From positions 1 through 59,635 of the forward strand of contig CAYVDH010000002.1 in the NCBI GenBank assembly GCA_964450355.1: a stretch of 59,635 bases of DNA, written 5' to 3'. Of the stretch, positions 1 through 9,905 are shown in pieces (positions within the stretch are counted from its first letter, which is position 1; each line of letters opens with the position of its first letter). The position numbers were made by a program, and so were the translations under genes. Source of the DNA: an uncultured Flavobacteriaceae bacterium (GTDB lineage Bacteria > Bacteroidota > Bacteroidia > NS11-12g > UBA955). A model generated the notes under the pieces. It searched no databases and was not told the origin of the DNA. It worked only from the letters and a program-made list of their open reading frames with translations.

Positions 1-208
1 TTTTTACAAATTTTAGTTTTATATTATAAATTTAACTTAAACTAATTTCAATTGTATTTTATACATAATTATGCAATAAATACCAACTTCTCAATCATTT
101 CTACCATTTATCTTGATTAAAAAGCCATGAAATAAAAACAAATTTATAAAAAAATATTCTAAACGATTATTGTAGAGTAAACTGCTTAAAAAACACTGAA
201 TATAAATC

Positions 209-3200
209 ATGAAATGGAACTATAAAATTTTTAAAATTAGTCTGACAAGCTTGATGTTACTATTGCTTTGGAGATCCAATATTCAGGCTCAAAACTCCAG
301 CATAGTTATCAATTTAAATGTTATTCCTCCTTATTCACCCTACATTTCAGATTATGTCAACAATCAAAACAAAACCATCATCACTCTGATACCAACTGCT
401 GCGTCAAGAGTAACTCAATTAAATATTTACTTCAAAGCCACTTTAGAAGGCGATAATGGAGTGAGTATTAGTTCTAAAACAGGTTATAAACCGCCTACAG
501 CACTTACAATCAGCGCTTTATTTCCAACCACAATGAATGGAAAACAATTGGCAAATTATTTTAACACCAATAACATGATTTTTAAAGGGGTTACTCTTCA
601 ACAATTAGTGAATGGTGATGGGTTGCCAGAGGGTACTTACACCATTTGTTTACAAGCATTCGATTACGATACTGATTTGCCATTGTCTGGTATGCAGCCA
701 AATGGTTGTTCTGCACCTATTACAATTAAACATCCCGACCCTCCTTTACCAATGGTACCAAGTTGTGCAAGTGTTGTTACTCCCAAACCTATTCAAAACA
801 TCTTATTTAATTGGACATATAACCCTGGCTATACATCCTCATTGCAATATTTATTAAAAATAGTACCAGTACTTAAAACACAGAATCCAAATGATGCCAT
901 CAATACCATGGTAACACCTGCTTTTTTTGAAAAAATAATTAATTCAACTTCTTATTTGTATGGCCCTGCGGACCCTATATTAACTAAAGGGCAAAAATAT
1001 GCCTACAGAATTAAAGTGTATGATCCACAAGGTAAAATTTTATTTAAAAACAATGGCGAAAGCGAGGTCTGTACTTTTACGTATGGTGAAGAAGAAAAAG
1101 AACAACTCATAGTTAAACAAAACAATCAATTAATGAACATTGAAATCATTAATCCTGTATGTGGTAAATATCCCATTAAAGACAAGCAGATATATATTCA
1201 ATGGAAATCTATCCAATTCACAAAAAAGTCAAGCACTATTGACGAAAAAAAATTAATTGAAAAAACTGAAAAATATTTAATTGAAATAGCTGAAAAATCA
1301 ACGTATCTCAACGGTAAAATAAAACCATTTTCTGAATCAAAAATTGTATTTTCTAGCTATGAAACCAAAACCTTTTTTCAATCAAATGTTTCTTTATTAA
1401 AATTAGTAGATAAATCTTCCTATTATTTTAGAATCTCAAAATTTGAACAAAATAAAAAAATAGCTGTGAGTGAAATTTGTGAATTTAAATACCAATACGT
1501 AGCTTCTGAAAAGAAAAAAGCAAAAAACAACAGTTTAAAGATAAAAGGTCAAATTGTCTATACTGCATCAGGAAAAGAAGGCGAATTTGTATTAAATAAT
1601 ACATCCATTACTGCTGAAGAAGTTTATTATTTGGCAGATAAAAACAATGTAGATAAAGTAAAATATTATTTTTCTAATAATCCAATAACAAATAACCCAA
1701 TAAAAACTAAAAACTTTATCACAGATGACAATGGAAACATTAACACCAACATGAATGATGTAGTAGTTGGTATTGTCATTGAAAATTACAAAACTACAAA
1801 TCCTAAACTAGAGGGTATGTCGGGAGTGTTAATGAAAGGAATAAGATTAAAAATAAACAGCAATTATTATACACCCATTGATTTAATATTTACTGCAGCT
1901 AATAACAACATATTGGATATAGGTAAACAATATGTTAAAGTATATACTTTCAATGTTACATACACAGTGAAAAAAGGGTATAAAAACGCTGATAATATTG
2001 AAAGCATGTGTGAAGATTGTAATGTAAGTTTATATGAATTTGCAGATTTACCAGCTTATGTACCTAAATTTAAAAAAGAAAATAAAAAATTAGAAAAACC
2101 AATATTATTAAGTGGTTATAAATTCATTAATTCAGCAAAAACTATAGTAAATACATCCAATGTAGGAACCAAAACCACCATTGTTACATTTGAAAATCTT
2201 GTTTGTACTAACACAAGTGAGCATCACTATTTGACAACAATACAAAATCAAATTTTTGAAGATGGTGATAAAATGCAATATACTTCGTTTACAGATAATC
2301 CTAAAACAAATAAAAAAAGTCAAACCATTACTTTTATATCTAAAAAATTACCAACTTCAAAAGTAAAAGGACAAATATTTTACACTTACAAAGGCACCAA
2401 CACATCTCTTCCCTTAAATACAACGTTATTATTGAAAGTGTGTTATGTCATTGATAATGGAACTAAAAAGTTGGTAATGAACACCTATAATGTTGACAAA
2501 TCTGGTGGAACTCAATATCAAAATGAAGTCATAAATGATTTTAATAAAAAATATCCTGACAATGAAAAATCAATTGGGAGTACTAAAAGTAATGAAGCTG
2601 GCGAGTTTGAATTTAATGTAGAGAATGTAGAAGAATTTAATCAAGATTTAACAAATTACAATGTAAATACAGGAGGAGGAGAATTTAAAGCTACTTTTTC
2701 AGGAAAAGTATATAGGTGTTTGAGGGTTGTAGTTAATAATGGATATTATACCAATCCTGATAATGAAATTTTTATTGATCCACTTGGAACAGTGAATATA
2801 GGAAAAATTACTGCAACAGTAAAAGCCATGAAAGTAAAAGTGATATGCAAATCCATGAATTTGGCAGGACAAGCTGTTGTGTCTGGAAATGGTGTTCCTG
2901 GACTGGATGTAGGTATGCAAAGAAAAGGACCAATGCCTAATTATTACCCTAAAAATGAAGGCAACATTTCCAAAGAAAATAACATTCCATTAAATTTTAA
3001 GAAAGAAAATTTCATTAGCTATGGAGTTACAAATTCAGAGGGTATTGTTATTTTAAATGATGTTGTTATTAGTAAAGAGAAAAATTTTGAAAAATTATTT
3101 ATTAATGCTATGTCTCCAGATTTTAAAGGTGATTTTAATTACATTGGTTTTGGAAATATTGATATTGGCCCATGGGATTTAAAAAGTGGAGAATCAGGTA

Positions 3201-6200
3201 AAATAAATACTTATTACCAACCTGAAGCAATATATAACTCAGATTTTGCAACACCTACTTATATTCTCAACATTAGCATGATTCCAATTTCTCCTAAAAT
3301 AACTGGTAGAATATTGGATATATCAAAATCTAATACAGGTTTATCTGATGCTGTTGTGATATTAACAAAAAAAGAAAAAGGGTACTTTGGATCTTTAAGT
3401 AAATCTGAAATTGGGATTAAAACTGATCAAAATGGCTACTTTGAATTTAAAAATATCAAAGTGAAAAAAACAAACGATGGAACAGTCACTGGCCCTGAAC
3501 TAAGTATCAAAGTGTCGAAATCAGGGTACCATTACACTAAATTTATGGGGATGAATTTTGATTACAGCAATGAATTAGGCATTTTAAAAGAAGGCGAACA
3601 AAGGGTTTTACCTGAAATATATTTAACACCATCAGGCACTTTAAATGGTACAATAAAAGACGAAAAAGGAGTCCCAGTAGATTGTTATGTTGGTTTGATT
3701 GGAAATGACTTAAGTGAATCAAAATACCAATTTAAAAATGGAATTTTTAGTAGTAATTATGAAGTACTAACTCCTCCAGGCAAACAACTTAAACTTGTAG
3801 TATGGCCCAAAGATTTGAAATATTACATAGATACAATCGATTTACCTGAGATTAATTCTGGAAATAACGTGTTTGACATTACTGTTTACAAAAGACTTCA
3901 TCGTTTTAAATTTAAAATTTCAGAAGAAAAACAAGTGAAAAAAAATGGATTTTATGTAACAACTTACACATCTATACCGAATGCTAAAATACAAATAGAT
4001 GAACATGTTGTTTACACTGACCAAAATGGAGAAGCTAAACTTGAATTCGCAAATACTAGTACAAAAAATTTCACAGTTAAAGTAAGTGGACCTCAGGGGG
4101 AAAACTACATCGAAATTCAAAATAAAGTGACAAATTACGAATCAAAAAAATGGGCAAAATATTATCCATTTAATTTAAATAAAGGTATTGAAATCAATGG
4201 AAAGGTGACTTTAAAAGGAAAACCAATAAGTGGAGCAAACGTATGGGTGGACAGAGGTGCTGGAGTTAAACCGCTAGAAGTTAGTACAGATAATTTCGGA
4301 TTTTACAAATTGCAAGGAGTGAAATTAGGAACTAAAAATAAAGTTAAAGTATTTGCATCAGCCTTTCGTGATGATAAAATAATTATTGGAAATGAATCAG
4401 AAGTTGTGATTAATGATAAAATAATTCAACACGATATTCAATTACAAGAATTTTCTGACTATGACATTTCAGAATTTTATGGTTATAAATTAAATATTAC
4501 ATCCATAAAAATAAATTTAGATGGATCTGTAAATACTAAAGGATGGATTGATTTAAATAACTACAGCAACGATTTTAAACTTTCAGAAAATGGAAAAGTG
4601 ACCTTTAATAATCTTAAATTTAAAAAAGGAGTAAATAAGAATAAACGAGGAATGATTGAAGGAATCCCTTTAAGTGATGAATTAATCTTAGACAATATTG
4701 GTGTAAACATGAAGTATGGTAAACACATCAATGTATCCTTTTTTGAACCTCTGCTATTCAGTGGTAAAACCATGAGCATTAAAAAATTGAACAATGAAAA
4801 TGCTAGTATTTCAGGATATGCTTATATTGTCGATAATTCATTTGATTTTCCTGGAAGTTACTTAAGTTTTGGAAAATCACAATTTTATTTTGGTAATAAA
4901 GAAAAAACTGGCAATGATAAACCAATTGTTAGTTTGTTTAATTCTAACAATAATAAAATATTGTTTAAAAATCCATTTAATTTATGTGATATTTATGGCA
5001 ATGGATTAAAATATAAATTTTTACAATTTAATGCTGAATCTAACCCTGAAACTTCAACCATAAAACTGAACAAAGACAAAGAACCTATAATTTCATTGGA
5101 CACTAAAATCAGTGCTCATTTTGATAACATCACTCCTTCAGATTTATTAATAGATATTGGAATTTTTGAAATGAATCATGAAAAAATATTTCCTAATAAA
5201 GGAAAACAAAACATAAAATTCAATTTAGAACAATGGGTAGTAGAAGTAAAAAATTGGCAAATAACAAGCGATAAAGGTGGAATTACCTCTAATGAAGGTT
5301 TCATTACAGCGGGTGCTTTAAATGTACCTTTTAAAAATTTTCACATGCAAAATAATCTATTGGTATTTGATGATTTTGAATTAAATGAATTGAATTTAGG
5401 CAATGTGACCAAGTTAAATTTAAGTTCTGGCACCAAAACAATTTTTGGTTTTGATCAAGCCACTGGAAAAAATAAGGAGCCTCATTGGAAACTTTCACTG
5501 GTAGGTAAACCAAATAAACCTGCCGCTACTTTTGGAGATATTGATGGGCTTGAACAAGGGAAAAAAATCAATATAGAAGTTTTAACTTTACTAAGTAATG
5601 GTGAACAAATGTTAAGCTTTGGAGCATACAACGAACCATTATTACTTTATAATGTGATTAAGTTTACTCCAACAACCTTGAACAGTTACAGCGATTATTT
5701 TACATTAGGAGGAGTTATAGACTATAACATTCCTAGGATTAGTAAAGACATCTCTGGAATCATCAAAGTGGTAAAAAAGGGAAATGGAGCAAGTATTGAA
5801 ATCATGCCACAACAATTAGAATTTGAAGGAAAAGGATATGTTAAATTTTTAAGTTTAGGAACCAATGATCAAAAACAAAACATTTCTAAAGATAATTTGA
5901 CTATTTATGGTACAATTCAAGAACCAAATGAAACACCAAAATTTAATTGTAAAATAGAAAAATCCAGTTATGAATCCAACCCTAAACTTACATTGATACC
6001 TAATCAAGTTGTACCATTTGGTAGCAATAAACTTGCAAATGTAAATGGTAGCATGCTGGTAGTAAAATCCGATTGGGATTATTTAAAATTTGAAGGCGAT
6101 TTACAAGGATTTACTGGTGTTAATGACCAAGCAAAACATTTAAAATTTGTAGTATATGGTGATATAAAAGCTGAAGGTAGTAGCATCAAAATGGACAATA

Positions 6201-7006
6201 TAAATACACCTTTTGGCAACATGGAAATTACCTATGATTTTGCTAAAAGTAGGTTAATAGGTCACTTGGATGTTGATATGGATTTCAGTGAATCATTAAC
6301 AGTAAAAGGAGTTGCAAATTTATTGTTTGATAAAGATGGTTTCTTAATTAGTGTAGCAGCACAAGTTACAGCTCCTGTTGTCAATACATTTAATGCAGGA
6401 ATTTTATTGGGAACTTATAAAACCGTTCCTCAAAATTTCCTTTCAGATGTGGTAAAATATAATTACAATAAAAATATCCCTTGCCACATACAAAAATCGG
6501 GATTAAAAGGGTTTTTCATTACTGGAGCAAGGCAATTGCCTTTACAAGTACCTAACTTCAATGTGGATATTCCTCCAGGATTGGCTTTGGTTTCTTTGTA
6601 TGCTGGAGCTACTTCTGGAATAGAAGTGCAATTAGCTATGAACTTTAGTGGTGGATTAAAACTTGATGCTAATATTTTAGCGTATGCACATGTTTGGGCT
6701 GGTATTAATTCCATAACATGTACCGAAGCAGGTGTGGATATTACCGCGCAATTATTAATTGCAGGAACATACGATGCCGGTAATTTTAGCATAGATGGAT
6801 GTGGTAGCATTTTAATGGCTGTGAAAGGCTATCAAAAAGTGCCACTATTAGTTGGCTGTACAAGTCCCGAAATAAGTTTAGACACTCAATTAGGAGCTAA
6901 ATATTTAATCCATTTAGGAAGCGATGGATTTCATCAAGGTGTTGAGTTTTCAGTAGGAGCAAGTGCTAGTAATTGTACTGCTTTATTAGATTGTAGTAAA
7001 AAATGA
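209..7006 (+). CDS. Giant secreted/surface protein (2265 aa), paralog of 18022..24054. It has a conserved N-terminal ~270-aa module and carboxypeptidase-regulatory-like beta-sandwich repeats, and no T9SS C-terminal domain
   Basis: Single 6.8-kb ORF. The signal peptide is MKWNYKIFKISLTSLMLLLLWRSNIQAQ. The N-terminal module aligns by eye with the 2010-aa paralog (PPYSPYISDY / APYSLKLTDYY; LPEGTYTICLQAFDYDT / LPEGLYYFCFSVYDANT; LFNWT / VFNWS; LYGPADPILTKGQKYAYRIKV / IYGPAQPQLIKGKRYAWRVQV). CarboxypepD_reg-like segments are present (ITGRILD...KTDQNGYFEF; INGKVTLKGKPISGANVWV...STDNFGFYKL). The C-terminus (..NCTALLDCSKK) lacks a YPNP-type sorting domain. Confidence 0.8.
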   Translation: MKWNYKIFKISLTSLMLLLLWRSNIQAQNSSIVINLNVIPPYSPYISDYVNNQNKTIITLIPTAASRVTQLNIYFKATLEGDNGVSISSKTGYKPPTALTISALFPTTMNGKQLANYFNTNNMIFKGVTLQQLVNGDGLPEGTYTICLQAFDYDTDLPLSGMQPNGCSAPITIKHPDPPLPMVPSCASVVTPKPIQNILFNWTYNPGYTSSLQYLLKIVPVLKTQNPNDAINTMVTPAFFEKIINSTSYLYGPADPILTKGQKYAYRIKVYDPQGKILFKNNGESEVCTFTYGEEEKEQLIVKQNNQLMNIEIINPVCGKYPIKDKQIYIQWKSIQFTKKSSTIDEKKLIEKTEKYLIEIAEKSTYLNGKIKPFSESKIVFSSYETKTFFQSNVSLLKLVDKSSYYFRISKFEQNKKIAVSEICEFKYQYVASEKKKAKNNSLKIKGQIVYTASGKEGEFVLNNTSITAEEVYYLADKNNVDKVKYYFSNNPITNNPIKTKNFITDDNGNINTNMNDVVVGIVIENYKTTNPKLEGMSGVLMKGIRLKINSNYYTPIDLIFTAANNNILDIGKQYVKVYTFNVTYTVKKGYKNADNIESMCEDCNVSLYEFADLPAYVPKFKKENKKLEKPILLSGYKFINSAKTIVNTSNVGTKTTIVTFENLVCTNTSEHHYLTTIQNQIFEDGDKMQYTSFTDNPKTNKKSQTITFISKKLPTSKVKGQIFYTYKGTNTSLPLNTTLLLKVCYVIDNGTKKLVMNTYNVDKSGGTQYQNEVINDFNKKYPDNEKSIGSTKSNEAGEFEFNVENVEEFNQDLTNYNVNTGGGEFKATFSGKVYRCLRVVVNNGYYTNPDNEIFIDPLGTVNIGKITATVKAMKVKVICKSMNLAGQAVVSGNGVPGLDVGMQRKGPMPNYYPKNEGNISKENNIPLNFKKENFISYGVTNSEGIVILNDVVISKEKNFEKLFINAMSPDFKGDFNYIGFGNIDIGPWDLKSGESGKINTYYQPEAIYNSDFATPTYILNISMIPISPKITGRILDISKSNTGLSDAVVILTKKEKGYFGSLSKSEIGIKTDQNGYFEFKNIKVKKTNDGTVTGPELSIKVSKSGYHYTKFMGMNFDYSNELGILKEGEQRVLPEIYLTPSGTLNGTIKDEKGVPVDCYVGLIGNDLSESKYQFKNGIFSSNYEVLTPPGKQLKLVVWPKDLKYYIDTIDLPEINSGNNVFDITVYKRLHRFKFKISEEKQVKKNGFYVTTYTSIPNAKIQIDEHVVYTDQNGEAKLEFANTSTKNFTVKVSGPQGENYIEIQNKVTNYESKKWAKYYPFNLNKGIEINGKVTLKGKPISGANVWVDRGAGVKPLEVSTDNFGFYKLQGVKLGTKNKVKVFASAFRDDKIIIGNESEVVINDKIIQHDIQLQEFSDYDISEFYGYKLNITSIKINLDGSVNTKGWIDLNNYSNDFKLSENGKVTFNNLKFKKGVNKNKRGMIEGIPLSDELILDNIGVNMKYGKHINVSFFEPLLFSGKTMSIKKLNNENASISGYAYIVDNSFDFPGSYLSFGKSQFYFGNKEKTGNDKPIVSLFNSNNNKILFKNPFNLCDIYGNGLKYKFLQFNAESNPETSTIKLNKDKEPIISLDTKISAHFDNITPSDLLIDIGIFEMNHEKIFPNKGKQNIKFNLEQWVVEVKNWQITSDKGGITSNEGFITAGALNVPFKNFHMQNNLLVFDDFELNELNLGNVTKLNLSSGTKTIFGFDQATGKNKEPHWKLSLVGKPNKPAATFGDIDGLEQGKKINIEVLTLLSNGEQMLSFGAYNEPLLLYNVIKFTPTTLNSYSDYFTLGGVIDYNIPRISKDISGIIKVVKKGNGASIEIMPQQLEFEGKGYVKFLSLGTNDQKQNISKDNLTIYGTIQEPNETPKFNCKIEKSSYESNPKLTLIPNQVVPFGSNKLANVNGSMLVVKSDWDYLKFEGDLQGFTGVNDQAKHLKFVVYGDIKAEGSSIKMDNINTPFGNMEITYDFAKSRLIGHLDVDMDFSESLTVKGVANLLFDKDGFLISVAAQVTAPVVNTFNAGILLGTYKTVPQNFLSDVVKYNYNKNIPCHIQKSGLKGFFITGARQLPLQVPNFNVDIPPGLALVSLYAGATSGIEVQLAMNFSGGLKLDANILAYAHVWAGINSITCTEAGVDITAQLLIAGTYDAGNFSIDGCGSILMAVKGYQKVPLLVGCTSPEISLDTQLGAKYLIHLGSDGFHQGVEFSVGASASNCTALLDCSKK

Positions 7007-8934
7007 AACTAAAAAAATACAGTATATTATTAATTCTATTGAGTTTACTAAAAACAGTAAATTCCCAAAATCCCTACATCACCAAAGGGGTAAATGGTTA
7101 TTTTATTTTCGTAGATAGAATGATTCCAAAAAATGAAAATGGTGCTCAAATTTTTAGAGACAATTTAAACACCATACAATTAAATTATCCTGAAACTGAA
7201 GAAGAATTCATTTCTAAAGTTCATCAATTTTATGCAGATAATCCATATTATTCAATACAAAGTGATAGTGTATTGAGAAATTATTGGCAATGGAGCACTG
7301 GTTTTACATTTATTGACAGCCTTCCATTGGCAGCTAAAATGCCTGATGTTTTAATTGGATTAGGAGTTATGCATTTCGAAAAATTCAATGAAGAGAATAA
7401 AAATTCATCATTTGAAGTCGCTTATAATGGAACAAAAACTCCATTAAAATTAAATCAATATAGAACAGAAAATAAAATTAAATACCTAAATCATCAGTTA
7501 GATGAAAATTATATACAAATTCATTGGATATTAAAATCTGAAGAAAACATCATGAAAACCAAAGTATATAAACAATACATTGGTCAACAAGAAACTATGA
7601 ATGAAGTCAATATTAAACCTTATTTATTTAGAGTTAAAGACAGTGTTTTAATCAAATTAATGGATACCAATGCCTACCCAGGTTTAAAATATAAATATTA
7701 CATTAAAACAATAGATTATCTTGGTTTTGAAAACAAATCAGCAGATTCTGTAGAAATACTAAATATACCCCGCAATACTTTGCCTGTCATCATGAATGCT
7801 AAATCAATAAGTGATGATGTTAACAAAGCCATTGTATTAAAATGGAAATTACAACATCATTTTGCTGTTCAAACAATTGATATTTATAGAAGCCCTAATT
7901 TTGATTCAGGTTTTGTTTACATTACTACAGTAAATAATAAAGATACAAGTTACATTGATTATTCAGTTCAAGCTGCAGTTGGTTATTGGTATAAATTTGT
8001 TATCAATGGCGTATTTGAAAGAGGAATTAATACCACTAAAATTGGGGGCATTTTAAAAATTGATGCCGAACCTCCAACATTAAAAGGAGTTACCTGTGTT
8101 TCTTCTGATAAGGGAATCATAGTAAGATGGATTCCTAACAGCAACAATGTAAGAGGTTATTACTTATATAGAGCAAATGGATACAAAGGCGAAATGCAAA
8201 TGATAAGTCCATTAATCAAACATGAATCTGATAAATCCTATTATGAATACATTGATAGTTCATTGGTGGTGAGAAATGGTAACATATACAGTTATGCAAT
8301 AAAAGTATACAGCAATGGATATGTTTTTAGTGAATTCAGTGATACTTCATCAAGCTACATTGCAGCGAATGAAAATATGTATGCATTAAGCCGAATAAAC
8401 ACCATTATCAATGATGATCAAATTCTTTTACAATGGGATAACATTAATATGGAAAATGGGAAATGTTTAGGCTATCGATTGTATAGAACAGATAGCAATA
8501 AAACTTGGCAATTGTTAAATCAAGAACTATTAAATAAAAATCAATTCAATGATACATCAGTAAAATTCAATACCAAATACAGCTATAAATTGTGTTTAGT
8601 GAATTACAATGATCAAGAAAGCAATTGTTTAACCACTGATGTTCTTATCAATTCGCCAAGTGTATTTCCTCCTGAAATAATGAGTATAAGTTACTCCAAT
8701 AACAGTGTAGAAATAGAATGGGAGAACAACAATCAAATGGGTGTGGATGCCATAGAATTATATAGAATGGAAGAAAATAACAGCCCAATAAAGGTGGCTT
8801 CTCTTGCACCGAATCAGAACAGTTACACAGATAAAACCATAGAAAAAAACAAAAGCTATTTTTATTACATAGTACTAAAAGCTTATGGAAGCAAAAGCAA
8901 TAACAGTACACCTACCAAAATCATAACAGAATGA
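7003..8934 (+). CDS. Secreted fibronectin-type-III-like repeat protein (643 aa), paralog of 24070..26178
   Basis: ATGA overlap with the upstream giant gene. Signal peptide MKLKKYSILLILLSLLKTVNSQ. Repeated FN3-like units have the pattern Y(R/L)YR....Y.D......Y.Y.(I/V) (IDIYRSPNFDSGF..YIDYS..GYWYKFVI; YYLYRANG..YEYIDSS..IYSYAIKV; YRLYRTD..FNDTS..YSYKLCLV; ELYRMEE..YTDKT..YFYYIVLK). Confidence 0.75.
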   Translation: MKLKKYSILLILLSLLKTVNSQNPYITKGVNGYFIFVDRMIPKNENGAQIFRDNLNTIQLNYPETEEEFISKVHQFYADNPYYSIQSDSVLRNYWQWSTGFTFIDSLPLAAKMPDVLIGLGVMHFEKFNEENKNSSFEVAYNGTKTPLKLNQYRTENKIKYLNHQLDENYIQIHWILKSEENIMKTKVYKQYIGQQETMNEVNIKPYLFRVKDSVLIKLMDTNAYPGLKYKYYIKTIDYLGFENKSADSVEILNIPRNTLPVIMNAKSISDDVNKAIVLKWKLQHHFAVQTIDIYRSPNFDSGFVYITTVNNKDTSYIDYSVQAAVGYWYKFVINGVFERGINTTKIGGILKIDAEPPTLKGVTCVSSDKGIIVRWIPNSNNVRGYYLYRANGYKGEMQMISPLIKHESDKSYYEYIDSSLVVRNGNIYSYAIKVYSNGYVFSEFSDTSSSYIAANENMYALSRINTIINDDQILLQWDNINMENGKCLGYRLYRTDSNKTWQLLNQELLNKNQFNDTSVKFNTKYSYKLCLVNYNDQESNCLTTDVLINSPSVFPPEIMSISYSNNSVEIEWENNNQMGVDAIELYRMEENNSPIKVASLAPNQNSYTDKTIEKNKSYFYYIVLKAYGSKSNNSTPTKIITE

Positions 8935-9905
8935 AAACATTAACCTATTTTATTTACATCTCGGCACTAATTCTATTTTCTTGCGCTAAAGACAATGGAA
9001 TAATTGCTACAGTAAGTGTTGATTTTATTATAAAAAACAACAATGCAAATGCCCCTGCTTTGGTTGAATTTGAAAACAAATCAAAATTTGCAAATGGATT
9101 TGTTTGGTATTTTGGAGATGGAGATTCGGCAACTACAGTTCATGCAACGCATACTTACACTCTTGGAGGCATTTATCATGTAACCCTTAAGGCATTTACA
9201 GATAAGGACATTATCACTGTTTCAAAAACTGTAAATGTCACCAATGCAAATCCTGTTGCTGATTTTAATTTTAACATGCCAAAACCCTTTGTAAATGCTG
9301 CTAATTGTCAATTTTCAAACACATCGCAAAATGCAACATCTTATTATTGGCAATTTGGCGATGGAAATGGAAGCAACTCAAATTCTCCAGTTCATGAATA
9401 CAAATCAAGTGGCATTTTTACTGTTAGATTGGCAGCTTATTCAGGTAATGGTGATAGCAGCGTAACGACCAAACAAATTAAAGTAAAATCGAAAGCAGAC
9501 AGTGTGTTGATACACCAAGTGAGAATAATTACTACGGCCACATTAATGTTTCAAATGTATCCATTAGATGGTTCTGATGATCCTGATTATTTGGTAGCAT
9601 TTGGCAACTGGATAGATACAAGTAAAAAAAGAACATACACCATTTGGAACAGCAAATCCTTTCCATTAGATTACAATTTACAAAGCAATCCTATTTATTT
9701 ACCTGTTGCAATTGGTTCAGCTTCACCACTGATTAATAAAGTGTTTATATTAGATAATGATGGTACTTATGAACAAAATGTCGATGATTTAGATTTAATT
9801 TTAGCAGATTACACTAAAGTTTCTAATCCATACCCAGATGAAATTGATTTAACTGGTAGCACTTTAGGTGAAACTACTTTAAAGTTGTTTGTTACTTGGA
9901 AGTAA
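8931..9905 (+). CDS. PKD-domain lipoprotein (324 aa)
   Basis: ATGA overlap with the upstream gene. Lipoprotein-type signal MKTLTYFIYISALILFSC. Two PKD signatures (WYFGDGDSATTVHATHTYTLGGIYHVTLKA; WQFGDGNGSNSNSPVHEYKSSGIFTVRLAA). Confidence 0.8.
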   Translation: MKTLTYFIYISALILFSCAKDNGIIATVSVDFIIKNNNANAPALVEFENKSKFANGFVWYFGDGDSATTVHATHTYTLGGIYHVTLKAFTDKDIITVSKTVNVTNANPVADFNFNMPKPFVNAANCQFSNTSQNATSYYWQFGDGNGSNSNSPVHEYKSSGIFTVRLAAYSGNGDSSVTTKQIKVKSKADSVLIHQVRIITTATLMFQMYPLDGSDDPDYLVAFGNWIDTSKKRTYTIWNSKSFPLDYNLQSNPIYLPVAIGSASPLINKVFILDNDGTYEQNVDDLDLILADYTKVSNPYPDEIDLTGSTLGETTLKLFVTWK

